Translations under genes and position numbers: made by a program
Shown here: positions 7,287-16,211 of the stretch, in pieces
Position numbering within the stretch: position 1 is the first letter of the stretch
Layout of the letters: each line of letters starts with the position of its first letter
NCBI GenBank assembly: GCA_043760085.1
Contig: JAYUPO010000150.1
Location: 1 to 41,205 of the forward strand
Source of the DNA: Burkholderiales bacterium
Lineage (GTDB): Bacteria > Pseudomonadota > Gammaproteobacteria > Burkholderiales > Burkholderiaceae_C
Length of the DNA stretch: 41,205 nt
Reading direction: 5' to 3'
Notes under the pieces: model-generated
What the model was told of the DNA's origin: nothing
Seen by the model: the letters and a program-made list of their open reading frames with translations, nothing else
Databases searched by the model: none

Positions 7287-8959
7287 TGCGCACCCAGGTG
7301 GCCATCATCGGCGGCGGCCCGGCCGGCTTGATGCTGGCCATCGAGCTGGGTTGCCGCGGCGTGGCGTGCACCGTGCTGGAAGAAGACGCCCACGGCCCGG
7401 TGCTGCCCAAGGCCAACGCCACCTCGGCGCGCACCATGGAGCACTACCGGCGGCGCGGTTTTGCCGATCAGGTTCGCGCGCTGGGCCTGCCGCCGCAGCA
7501 CCCGCAAGACGTGGTCTATTGCACCCGCATTGCCGGGCGCGAACTGGCGCGCTTTCGCATTCCTTCGTCGCAACAGGCGGCCAGCCAAACCGCGTGGGGC
7601 GACTATGGCCCCGGCACCTGGCCCACGCCCGAACTGCCGCACCGTGTGCAGCAGATGTTGATCGAGCCGATCTTGAAGGCGCAGGCGCAGCGTTACGCCA
7701 GCGTTGATGTGCGCTTCGGCGCGCGCGCCGTGGCGCTGCGCGATCTGGGCGACCACACCGAAGTCGATTTCGTTGATACCGAAAGCGGCACACCCCAAAC
7801 GTTGCACGCCGCCTACGCAGTGGGCTGCGACGGCCCGCGCAGCCTGGTGCGCCAGACCATGGGCGTGGTGTACAGCGGCCAAAGCAAGGAGCAACGCGAA
7901 TTCTTCGGCGGGCAGATGGTGTCGGTGTACTTGCGCGCACCGGGCCTGTACGGCGTGCTGGGCAAACCCAAGGCCTGGCAGTACTGGGCCGTGAACCCGC
8001 AGCGGCGTGGCCTGCTGTGCGCCATCAACGGCATCGACACCTTTGTGCTGCTCATTCAGTTGGCACCCGATGCCAAGGCCGCTGAGCTTGATGTGCCCGA
8101 GGTGATGAGGCAAGCCTTTGGCGTTAACTTCGAACATGAGGTGATCGCGCTCACCCCCTGGCACGCCGGCCATGCCCTGGTGGCCGAACGCATGCGCGTG
8201 GGCCGCCTGTTCGTGGCCGGTGACGCCGCCCACCTGTTCACGCCCACGGGTGGCATGGGCTACAACACCAGCGTCGATGACGTGGTGAACCTGGGCTGGA
8301 AGTTGGCCGGGGTGCTGCAAGGCGTGGCGGGCGATGCGCTGCTCGATAGCTACGACGCTGAACGGCGCCAGATTGCCCTGCGCAACACCGCGTTTGCCCG
8401 CAGCATGGCCGACAGCATCGGCCGCCTGCCGGTGCCGGCCGAAGTGGAAGACGACAGCGCGCTGGGCGAGCAGGCCCGCGCTGCGCTGGCCCAGGCCCTG
8501 GCCGCGCATGTGGCGCGCGAGTTCAACATCCCCGGCCTGCAGCTCGGCCTGCGCTACGCCGGCAGTGCCATCGTGGCGCAGGAAAGCGGCGCGCCGCCGC
8601 CCGACGACCCGAACCACTATGTGCCCAGCGGCACGCCCGGCGCGCGCGCGCCGCACCTGGCGGTGGGCAGCGGCGGTGCCTCGCTGCTCGACTACTTCGG
8701 CCGCGACTTCACGCTGCTGCTGCTCGATGGTTCAGCCACCCTGGCCTGGGAGCGTGAAGCGCAGCGCCTGCGCCTGAACCTGAAGCTGCTGCATTGGCAC
8801 AAGCCCGAAGCGCGCGCGCTGTATGGCGGCGGCATCATCCTGATCCGGCCTGACCATCACATCGCCTGGCGCGGTGATGCCAGCGCCGACATTCCCGCCG
8901 TGCTGGCCCGCGCCATTGGGGCCACGGTATTGGCGCATGAATCAAGGAACCCATCATGA
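7286..8959 (+). CDS. FAD-dependent aromatic monooxygenase (PheA/TfdB/MhpA-like)
   Basis: GGGPAG Rossmann motif, GCDG, GDAAHLFTPTGGMGYN, C-terminal GARAPH...LIRPDHHIAWR; TGATG coupling to dedA. Confidence 0.9.
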   Translation: MRTQVAIIGGGPAGLMLAIELGCRGVACTVLEEDAHGPVLPKANATSARTMEHYRRRGFADQVRALGLPPQHPQDVVYCTRIAGRELARFRIPSSQQAASQTAWGDYGPGTWPTPELPHRVQQMLIEPILKAQAQRYASVDVRFGARAVALRDLGDHTEVDFVDTESGTPQTLHAAYAVGCDGPRSLVRQTMGVVYSGQSKEQREFFGGQMVSVYLRAPGLYGVLGKPKAWQYWAVNPQRRGLLCAINGIDTFVLLIQLAPDAKAAELDVPEVMRQAFGVNFEHEVIALTPWHAGHALVAERMRVGRLFVAGDAAHLFTPTGGMGYNTSVDDVVNLGWKLAGVLQGVAGDALLDSYDAERRQIALRNTAFARSMADSIGRLPVPAEVEDDSALGEQARAALAQALAAHVAREFNIPGLQLGLRYAGSAIVAQESGAPPPDDPNHYVPSGTPGARAPHLAVGSGGASLLDYFGRDFTLLLLDGSATLAWEREAQRLRLNLKLLHWHKPEARALYGGGIILIRPDHHIAWRGDASADIPAVLARAIGATVLAHESRNPS

Positions 8960-9915
8960 CCACCGAGCCGCAAAGCAAACGCGCCAACATCACCGCCGTG
9001 CATTCGGTGCTGCACTTCGTGTTCACCGTACCGAGCCTTGACGACGCGCAGCGCTTTTATGAGGCCTTTGGCCTGGACGTGCGCCGCACTAACGATCGAC
9101 TTGAGCTGCGCACCTTCGACCACCCGCATGCCTGGGGCACGCTGGTGCAGGCACCGGGGCCGAAGAAGCTGCAATACCTGAGCTTCGGCATCTACCCCGA
9201 AGACGAAGCGGCGTTCAAGCAGCGCATTGCGCAGCAGGGGCTGGGCATCGAGCGCCACCCCTTGAGCGACGGCAGTGGCGGCAGTGGCGGCTTGTGGTTG
9301 CGCGGCCATGAAGGCCTGGCGCTGCAAATCAAGGTGGCCCCCAAGGTGGCGCCTTCACTGCGTTCGCGGCCCACCCCGGTGTCCACGCCGGCCGGCGCCG
9401 GTGCCGCACCCAAGCGCAGCCAAAGCGGTGTGGTGCACCCGCGGCGCTTGTCGCACCTGCTCATGTTTTCGGCCGATGTGCTGGGCGGCGTGAAGTTCTA
9501 CAGCGAGGTGCTGGGCCTGAAGTTGTCAGACCATTGCGGTGACGGCATCGCCTTCATGCACGGCGCCCACGGCAGCGACCACCACCTCATTGCCCTGGCC
9601 AAGTCCAGCGGCCCGGGCCTGCACCACAGCAGTTGGGACGTGGGCAGCGTGCATGAAGTGGGCCTGGGCGCCGAGGTGATGCGCGGCAAGGGCTACACCC
9701 AGGGCTGGGGCCTGGGCCGCCATGTGCTGGGCAGCAACTACTTCCACTATGTGCGCGACCCCTGGGGCAGCTACGCCGAGTATTCGTTCGACATCGACTT
9801 CGTGCCCAGCGACATGGATTGGCCCGCCGCCGACCACGCCCCTGAAGACGGCTTCTACGTCTGGGGCCCCGAGGTGCCGGCGGACTTTGTCACCAACTTC
9901 GAACACGCTGGCTGA
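8956..9915 (+). CDS. Two-domain VOC protein, extradiol (ring-cleavage) dioxygenase-like
   Basis: [49 protein letters not shown] (His/His/Glu metal-ligand pattern); ATGA coupling. Confidence 0.85.
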   Translation: MTTEPQSKRANITAVHSVLHFVFTVPSLDDAQRFYEAFGLDVRRTNDRLELRTFDHPHAWGTLVQAPGPKKLQYLSFGIYPEDEAAFKQRIAQQGLGIERHPLSDGSGGSGGLWLRGHEGLALQIKVAPKVAPSLRSRPTPVSTPAGAGAAPKRSQSGVVHPRRLSHLLMFSADVLGGVKFYSEVLGLKLSDHCGDGIAFMHGAHGSDHHLIALAKSSGPGLHHSSWDVGSVHEVGLGAEVMRGKGYTQGWGLGRHVLGSNYFHYVRDPWGSYAEYSFDIDFVPSDMDWPAADHAPEDGFYVWGPEVPADFVTNFEHAG

Positions 9916-9952
9916 AGGCTGAACCAGCCATGGCCCTGTCCTGTTCGCATCG
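9865..9952 (+). repeat. Left copy of a diverged direct repeat (VOC 3' end + amidohydrolase 5' start)
   Basis: Aligns by hand to 12356-12461 with 74/88 identical positions; the right copy has 18 extra nt. Confidence 0.9.
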
Positions 9953-10091
9953 CGAGGGCGCGAGGCTGGCCGATCTGCCGGTCGAGCCGCCGACGAAGCT
10001 CGATTTGGTCATCAACCTGAAGACCGCCAATGCCTTGGGCCTGACGACCCCGCAAACGCTGCTGCTACGCGCCGACGAGGTGTTCGAATGA
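9930..10091 (+). pseudogene. Chimeric mini-ORF: degenerate amidohydrolase start fused to an SBP C-terminal fragment
   Basis: MALSCSHR + [45 protein letters not shown]; the stop overlaps the next ATG (ATGA). Confidence 0.8.
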
Positions 10092-11074
10092 TCGCGCAGC
10101 GCCGGCTCGCGATAGCGGGAGCCGCGGCATGGCTGGCATCGCACCCGCTGGCCCGCGGCCAACCGACCCCCGGGCTGCGCCGCGTCGGCAGTCTGTCGAT
10201 CACGACCATCGCGGCATCCGAGCGTTTCTACGCTGCGTTCAAGCTCGGCATGCACGATCTGGGCTGGCGCGAGGGGCGCAACATCGAGTACCGGTTTGTC
10301 TTCGCCGACGGCAAGGTCGAAGCGCTCGATGGATTGGCCCGGGAACTGATCGCCCAGCAGGTTGAGGTGATCGTCGCCGGCGCTCCGCAGGCGGCGCGCG
10401 CCGCGCAGCGCGCAACGCGGTCGGTGCCGATCGTGATGGCCAACGTATCGAACGCGGTCGCGAGCGGCTTCGTCGAGAGCCTGGCCCGGCCGGGCGGCAA
10501 TATCACCGGCGTGACGGCGCAAAACGAAGTCGTGCTGGCCAAGTTGATCGAGCTGCTGCACGAGGCCGTTCCGGGCGCACGGCGAATTGCCGTGCTGATG
10601 AACCAGACCAACCCTTCGTATGCAGCGTTCTGGGCCGCGGCACAAAGCGCCTGCGCCACGCTCGGCCTGGTGGCGCTGCGGGTCGTGGCGAGTGCGCCCG
10701 AGCAGCTCGAAGCCGCCGCCGCGCAGGTCGCCGCCGAGCGGGCGCAGGCTGTGGTGGTGGTTGCCGACGGCATGTTCCTGACGCAGCGGGCTCAGCTCGA
10801 AGCGCTGCTGCGCCCGGCCCGGCTGCCGGTGGTCTATGCCTTGCGCGAGCATGTCGCGGGCGGTGGCCTGCTCAGCTATGCCGCCGACATCGCCGCCAAT
10901 TACCGCTACGCCGCGACCTTTGTCGACAAGATCCTCAAGGGCGCCAAACCCGCCGACCTGCCGGTGGAACAACCGACGCGCTACGAACTGGTGGTCAATC
11001 TGAAAACGGCCAGGGCGCTGGGCATCACGCTGCCGCTGACGCTGCTGGTGCGCGCCGACGAGGTGCTTGAATGA
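10088..11074 (+). CDS. ABC transporter substrate-binding protein (ABC_sub_bind / putative Trp-Tyr-binding type), intact
   Basis: RR-containing signal peptide, [62 protein letters not shown]...RADEVLE. Confidence 0.92.
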   Translation: MIAQRRLAIAGAAAWLASHPLARGQPTPGLRRVGSLSITTIAASERFYAAFKLGMHDLGWREGRNIEYRFVFADGKVEALDGLARELIAQQVEVIVAGAPQAARAAQRATRSVPIVMANVSNAVASGFVESLARPGGNITGVTAQNEVVLAKLIELLHEAVPGARRIAVLMNQTNPSYAAFWAAAQSACATLGLVALRVVASAPEQLEAAAAQVAAERAQAVVVVADGMFLTQRAQLEALLRPARLPVVYALREHVAGGGLLSYAADIAANYRYAATFVDKILKGAKPADLPVEQPTRYELVVNLKTARALGITLPLTLLVRADEVLE

Positions 11075-11328
11075 AGCGGCGCTGGTGGCTGCTTGCCGCA
11101 GGCGTTTCGCCACGCGTTGCGCGACAGCGCTTCGTCTACACCCACGGTCCGGCGCGTCGGGCATTGGCGAGCTTCGTCAACAAGATTTTGAAGGGCGCCA
11201 GGCCGGCCGATCTGGTAGTCAACCTGCCGACCCAATTCGACCTGGTGATCAACCTGAAGGCGGCGCGGGCGCTCGGCCTGGCCGTCCCGCAGTCGCTGCT
11301 GGTGCGTGCCGACGAGGTGATCGAATGA
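11071..11328 (+). pseudogene. Internally deleted SBP cassette (signal-like start + C-terminal ~55 aa, in frame)
   Basis: MKRRWWLL... joined to [16 protein letters not shown]...[14 protein letters not shown]...RADEVIE. Confidence 0.85.
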
Positions 11329-12304
11329 AGCGGCGTTTGTGGGTCTCCGCGATCGGGGCCATCGGCCTGGACCGGCTGGTTGCGCCGCGCGCGTTCGCGC
11401 AGGGCGTGGCCGGGCCGGGCCGCGGCGGGTCGGCGTGCTGACGGCCTCCACACCGCCGGCTTTCGGCTTGTCGGCGCAAGCGCTGCGTGCCGGGCTGAGC
11501 GAAGGCGGGCGCGTCGAAGGCCGCGATTTCGAACTGGCGATTCGTTATGCCGATGGTCGGGCCGAGGATCTCGCGCGCCTGGCCGCCGAGCTTGCGGCGC
11601 TGCATCCGGCGCTGATCGTCGCGACCGGAGCCGCGGCCACCAACGCTGCGCTGGCTGCCGCTCCCGGGATGCCGATCGTCGCGCTGGGCGACCTGGTCGC
11701 TGCCGGGCATGCGGCGACGCTCGCGCGGCCCGGCGGCAACGTCACCGGAATCAGTTTTTTGCCTTTCGACCTGAATGCGAAGCGGCTGGAACTGCTCGCC
11801 GGCGTATTGCGCAAAGGCAGCGCGGTGTTGAATCTCGGCTACGCCGCACCCGCCTTCGCAACCCCGCCGATGGATGGCGCCGCCCGCTCGCTCGGGCTGG
11901 TGCTGCATACCGCCTATGCGAGTACGCCAGCGCAGATTGACGCGGCATTCGCCAGCGCGCGAACGCTGCGGGTGGCCGGCGTCAACGTGCTCAATTCACC
12001 GTTCCTGTCTACCCACCATGGCCGCATCGTCGCCCTGGCCGCGGCGGCCCGGCTGCCTGCCATCTACCAATGGCCCGAAACCGCCCGTGACGGCGGGCTG
12101 ATGGGCTACGGGCCGAGCCTGCGCGCCATGTTCCAACGGCTCGGCGGCTACGCCGCGCGCATCCTCGACGGCGCCAAGCCCGCCGACTTGCCAGTCGAGC
12201 AGCCGACCCGGTTCGAACTGGTCATCAACCTGAAGACCGCGCAAGCGCTCGGATTGACGATTCCGCAATCGCTGCTGCTGCGTGCCGACGAGGTGATCGA
12301 ATGA
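11325..12304 (+). pseudogene. Full-length SBP cassette frameshifted just after its signal peptide
   Basis: [11 protein letters not shown]...AFAQGVAGP from ATG 11325 stops at 11441; the body RRVGVL...RADEVIE is in ORF 11339-12304. (GGCCG)x3 at 11408-11422 sits at the shift, and two units would restore the frame. Confidence 0.85.
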
Positions 12305-12355
12305 AGCCGGCATCTGCGTTGAAGGCTTCCATGACCAAAGCCCGGCAGGCTCCCA

Positions 12356-12461
12356 GGCCCCGAGGTGTCGGCGAATTTTGTCTTCGGCTTCGAGCACGCT
12401 GGCTGATTCCGCTGATCGGGCTGAAGGCTGATGCAGCGATGGCCCTGGCCTGTTTGCAGCG
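12356..12461 (+). repeat. Right copy of the diverged direct repeat
   Basis: Encodes a dead copy of the VOC C-terminus (GPEVSANFVFGFEHAG* vs [16 protein letters not shown]) followed by the working amidohydrolase start. Confidence 0.9.
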
Positions 12462-13971
12462 GCTGCCAACCCGCCTGGGCGCGGCCGCGCTGTGCCTGAG
12501 CCTGGCCACCTGCGCCGGCCCTGACGCGGCGCTGGTCGAAGTGGCAAGTGGCCTGGTGATTCGTGATGTGACCATCGTCAACACGCGCGACGGCTCAATG
12601 GCCGCAAACCGGGCCGTGGTGATCGACGCCGGGCGCATCGTGGCCATCCACGCCAACACGGTGGTGCGCACCGCGGCTGCCGTGCAGGTGGTCAGTGCCA
12701 GCGGCCAGTACCTGGTGCCGGGCTTCAACGACATGCACACGCATGCCCTGGTTAGCGCCGATCAACTGCCGAGTTATTGGCCGTTGATGCTGGCCAACGG
12801 CATCACCGGCATGCGCGAAATGTCGGGCTCTGAAGCCTTGATCAAACGCGCGCACGAGCTCAATGCTGACAGCGCGGCCGGCGTGGTCGATGCCCCCGAG
12901 GTGCTGCAAACGCCGGGCGACCTGGTCGGCCGGCCGCTGCCGCCGTCCGCCGCCACCGCACTGGTGCAGCAGCAAAAGGCGCAAGGGGCGAGCTTCATCA
13001 AGGTGGTTAATGCCAACCGCGAAGGCCTGCTCGCCGTGCTGGCCGAAGCCAAGGCGCAAGGCCTGGGCGTGGCTGGCCATTTGGTGCCGGGCTTGAGCGC
13101 GGTGGAATCCAGCAACGCCGGCTGGCGCGCGATTGAACACCTGGGCGCGGGCTTGGGGCTCATGCTCGATTGCGCGGGTGAAGAAGCCGCCATTCGCAGC
13201 GCGGTGTTGGGCGGCCAGGGCGCAAGGCCGCCGTTCCCGCCCACTTTTGTGCTCAGCCCGATGCTGTACCGCGCGCTCGATGCGCCGTTCTACCAACGCA
13301 CACTGGCCAGTTACAACGCAGACAAGTGCGAGGCCGCGGCCAAGACTTTCGCCAGGAACGACACCTGGCAAGTGCCCACGCTGCTGCGCCTGCGCACCAT
13401 GCTCAACAGCGCTGACGCCGCCACCCGCACCGATGCGAACCTGAAGTACGTTGACAAGACCACGCGCGCGCTGTGGGAGAACCTGGCGCTGCAGTACAGC
13501 ATGAACGTGCCCGACGCTGCGGCCGCCACGTTCAGCCAGTACTACACCGCGCAGCGCGACCTGATCAAGCTGCTCAAGCGCCACGGCGGCAAGCTGCTGG
13601 CGGGCTCTGACGTGGGCGGCATCTGGGTCATTCCCGGCTTCAGCTTGCAGCAAGAATTTCGCGAGCTGGCGGCAGCGGGCCTCACGCCTTTGGAGGTGCT
13701 GCAAAGCACCACGCTCAACGCCGCAGAGTTCCTGGGCCGCAGCGCCAGCATGGGCACGGTGGAGGTCGGCAAGCAGGCAAACCTGGTGCTGCTGCAAGCC
13801 AACCCGCTGGCTGATGTGGCCAACCTGGACAAGATTGCCGGCGTGTTTTTGAAGGGCCGCTACCTGCCGCTGGCCGCGCTGGAACAGGGCAAGGCCGATG
13901 TGGCGGCGGCGCTGGAAAAAATACCGTTGCGGGGCCTGAGTTCGGCCGTTGACGCGACGCACCGACACTGA
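12439..13971 (+). CDS. Metal-dependent amidohydrolase, probably exported
   Basis: YLVPGFNDMHTH, FIKV, AGHL, IEHL, AGSD, GTVEVGKQANLVLL. ATG 12439 is preferred over 12301 because it precedes a signal-like segment and 12356-12406 is a VOC remnant. Confidence 0.88.
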   Translation: MALACLQRLPTRLGAAALCLSLATCAGPDAALVEVASGLVIRDVTIVNTRDGSMAANRAVVIDAGRIVAIHANTVVRTAAAVQVVSASGQYLVPGFNDMHTHALVSADQLPSYWPLMLANGITGMREMSGSEALIKRAHELNADSAAGVVDAPEVLQTPGDLVGRPLPPSAATALVQQQKAQGASFIKVVNANREGLLAVLAEAKAQGLGVAGHLVPGLSAVESSNAGWRAIEHLGAGLGLMLDCAGEEAAIRSAVLGGQGARPPFPPTFVLSPMLYRALDAPFYQRTLASYNADKCEAAAKTFARNDTWQVPTLLRLRTMLNSADAATRTDANLKYVDKTTRALWENLALQYSMNVPDAAAATFSQYYTAQRDLIKLLKRHGGKLLAGSDVGGIWVIPGFSLQQEFRELAAAGLTPLEVLQSTTLNAAEFLGRSASMGTVEVGKQANLVLLQANPLADVANLDKIAGVFLKGRYLPLAALEQGKADVAAALEKIPLRGLSSAVDATHRH

Positions 13972-14039
13972 GCTCGGGCTGCGCGTATCGCGCCGAGTGA
14001 AGTCGCGCGGCCAGCCTCTCACAGCAGCGATGGGTGTTG

Positions 14040-14074
14040 CGCATCATGATGCGTAAAATCAGCACATCATGATG
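14040..14074. promoter_or_regulatory. Paired palindromic operator of vapBC
   Basis: CGCATCATGATGCG (14040-14053) and CATCATGATG (14065-14074) flank a TAAAAT -10-like hexamer (14054-14059). Confidence 0.7.
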
Positions 14075-14092
14075 CCTGCTCAGGCGGTGAAG

Positions 14093-14353
14093 ATGCGTAC
14101 AACCGTGACCTTGGATCCAGATGTTCAGGCCCTGCTGACTGAAGCGGCCTACCGCTCCGGCAAGCCTTTCAAGACCACTCTGAACGATGCAGTGCGCGCG
14201 GGCCTGAAGCCGCCAAAGGCGCGCAAGAAGGCATCGGGCTGGCCGGTGTATTCGATGGGGCCGCCCCTGGTTGACCTCACCAAAGCCTTGGCGTTGGTGG
14301 CGGAGCTGGAAGACCAGGCATTGCTGGCCAGGATCGCCGCCAAGCGCAAATGA
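14093..14353 (+). CDS. vapB: Type II antitoxin, ribbon-helix-helix VapB-like
   Basis: MRTTVTLDPDV...GKPFKTTLNDAVRAGL; ATGA-coupled to the PIN toxin. Confidence 0.85.
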   Translation: MRTTVTLDPDVQALLTEAAYRSGKPFKTTLNDAVRAGLKPPKARKKASGWPVYSMGPPLVDLTKALALVAELEDQALLARIAAKRK

Positions 14354-14772
14354 TCCTGCCCGACGTGAACGTGCTGCTGCATGCGGTGAACGCCGATGCC
14401 GCGCAACACGACAGCGCCTATGCCGCGCTGCACGGTGCTTTCGAGCAAGGCCCGGTGGCGCTGGCCTGGCCGGCGCTGTTGGGCTTTTTGCGCCTGGCCA
14501 CGCGCCCTGGCATCTTGACGCGGCCGATGGCGTTGACCGACGCACTTGCAGTGCTGCAGGGCTGGCTTGACCACCCTTCCAGCAGCATCGTTCAACCCAC
14601 GGCGCGCCATGCCGCTGTGTTGGGCCGCCTGTTGACGGGTGTGGGTCAGGGCGGCGGCCTGGTGCCTGATGCTCATTTGGCTGCGCTGGCCATTGAGCAC
14701 CAGGCAACGCTGATCAGCTTCGACCGTGACTTTGCGCGTTTTGCCGGGCTACGCTTCACGCCGCTGAGTTGA
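14350..14772 (+). CDS. vapC: PIN-domain toxin VapC
   Basis: MILPDVNVLLHA, LVPDAHLAALAIEH, SFDRDFARF acidic PIN motifs. Confidence 0.92.
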   Translation: MILPDVNVLLHAVNADAAQHDSAYAALHGAFEQGPVALAWPALLGFLRLATRPGILTRPMALTDALAVLQGWLDHPSSSIVQPTARHAAVLGRLLTGVGQGGGLVPDAHLAALAIEHQATLISFDRDFARFAGLRFTPLS

Positions 14773-16198
14773 CCGCCGCCAACCGCATCACCAGCCCCTT
14801 CGGCCCCATCGTGAAGTACATCTCTTCGCTGGCTTCGCCGCCGCCGGGCGCTTGCACGCTTTCGATGTTGAAGGCGGTGAGCAGCATGCTCATGGCGACC
14901 TTCATTTCCAGCAGCGCCAGGTAGCGGCCCGGGCACATGCGTGGGCCGGCGCCGAAGGGCATGGCCACGCGCTTGGCGTTGCTGCCCTTGGCGCTGCCGT
15001 CTTCCAGCCAGCGCCCGGGCTTGAAGGCCAGCGGCTCGGGGAAGTGCTCGGCGCTCACGCTGTCGTGCCGGAACACGCCCCACAGCAAAGTGCCGGCGGG
15101 CACCTGCACATCGCCCAGCGTGGTGTCGCGCAGGGCTTGCAGGCTGATGAAGGGGGCCACGGGTTTGAGGCGCATGGTTTCACTGATGCAGGCGTCCAGG
15201 TAGGGCAGGGCGTCGATCATCTCAAGCGTTAATTCCTGCGGCCGGCCGGCCGCGGCACCCAGCACGGCGTGCGCTTCTGCGCGCGCCCGGGCCAGGCATT
15301 CGGGGTGGCGGTGCAGCAGGTGGATCAGCCAGGCCAGGGTGTTGGCGGTGGTGTCTTCGCCGGCCAGCAGCATGGTCAACACATTGCCGGCCACGTTGGC
15401 ATCGCTGATGCCGCTTTCGGTTTGCGCGGCAACGATCATGCTTTGCAGCAGGTTGCGCGGGCGCTCGCGCAGCGTGGGTTCGCGCTCGAGCTCGGCGCGC
15501 GCCAGGGCCACGAAGCGGGCGATCTCGGTCTTGATCACCGCCACGCTGGCATCCAGCACATGGTCTTGCCGGCTCTTGAACCAGCGCCAGGTGGGCAGCA
15601 GGCTGAAGGCGCGGCGGAAGATGGCGGGCAGCACCTTGTCCAGGTGCTGCTGAATCACGTCTTCACCGGCTTCCAGGGTGTTGATGTCCTGCCCCAGCGC
15701 CAGGCCGGCGATGGTGTCCACCGTGTAGCGCATCAGCTCGGGCTGCAGGGCCAGTGCCTGGCCGGCATTTGCCGCACGCAGCCAGCGGTTTTGCAGCCGC
15801 TGCGCCACCTTCAGCAGTTGCGGAAAGTATTCGCGGATGTGGCCCGGCGCAAAGCTGGCCATCACCATGCGCCGCTGCGCCTGCCAGGCTGCGCCCTCGG
15901 CATTGAACAGGCCTTGGGGCAGGCCCATTTCGACGCTGAGCGTCTTGGTGGTGGGGTTGCGCCGCCAGCCTTCAGGGCGGTCGCGCAGGGCCTGCGCCAG
16001 CAGCTCATGGTCGGCCACCACGAGCATGGTCACTCCCGGGAAGCGCATGCGGAACAGCTTGCCGTGCTGGCGCGCCCAGGCCTCCACGTTCTGGTGCACG
16101 CGCGAGCGCGTGAGCTGCAAGGCGTTGCCCAGAAGCGGCCAGCCGCGCGGACACGGCAGGTCTTGCAGGCGGCGCAGGGTGGTGGCGGGTGCGGTCAT
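14756..16198 (-). CDS. Cytochrome P450, 480 aa
   Basis: PRGWPLLGN hinge, I-helix LLAGEDTTA, ETMR (ExxR), heme motif PFGAGPRMCPG. Confidence 0.95.
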   Translation of the reverse strand: MTAPATTLRRLQDLPCPRGWPLLGNALQLTRSRVHQNVEAWARQHGKLFRMRFPGVTMLVVADHELLAQALRDRPEGWRRNPTTKTLSVEMGLPQGLFNAEGAAWQAQRRMVMASFAPGHIREYFPQLLKVAQRLQNRWLRAANAGQALALQPELMRYTVDTIAGLALGQDINTLEAGEDVIQQHLDKVLPAIFRRAFSLLPTWRWFKSRQDHVLDASVAVIKTEIARFVALARAELEREPTLRERPRNLLQSMIVAAQTESGISDANVAGNVLTMLLAGEDTTANTLAWLIHLLHRHPECLARARAEAHAVLGAAAGRPQELTLEMIDALPYLDACISETMRLKPVAPFISLQALRDTTLGDVQVPAGTLLWGVFRHDSVSAEHFPEPLAFKPGRWLEDGSAKGSNAKRVAMPFGAGPRMCPGRYLALLEMKVAMSMLLTAFNIESVQAPGGGEASEEMYFTMGPKGLVMRLAAVNSAA

Positions 16199-16211
16199 GT
16201 GGAGTGGGCGG

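Larger units (their letters stand above)
9953..12355 (+). mobile_element. Inserted array of ABC_sub_bind-type cassettes between ~90-bp direct repeats (no recombinase encoded)
   Basis: Four tandem units ending GCCGACGAGGTG-NNN-GAATGA, bounded by the duplicated VOC/amidohydrolase junction. Mobility is inferred. Confidence 0.55.

Noticed and set aside
9953-12304. SBP array as a CRISPR array, integron or diversity-generating retroelement
   Set aside because: Repeats are coding and irregularly spaced; no attC-like palindromes, cas, intI or reverse transcriptase in the window.
12301-12438. 46-codon N-terminal extension of the amidohydrolase
   Set aside because: Built from a cassette start and the decayed VOC duplicate. 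It is open and ATGA-coupled, so read-through cannot be excluded, but ATG 12439 is the ancestral start.
9855-12547. Repeated antisense ORFs ([10 protein letters not shown]..., SFDHLVG...) opposite the SBP cassettes
   Set aside because: They are simply the reverse-complement translations of the conserved SBP 3' end.
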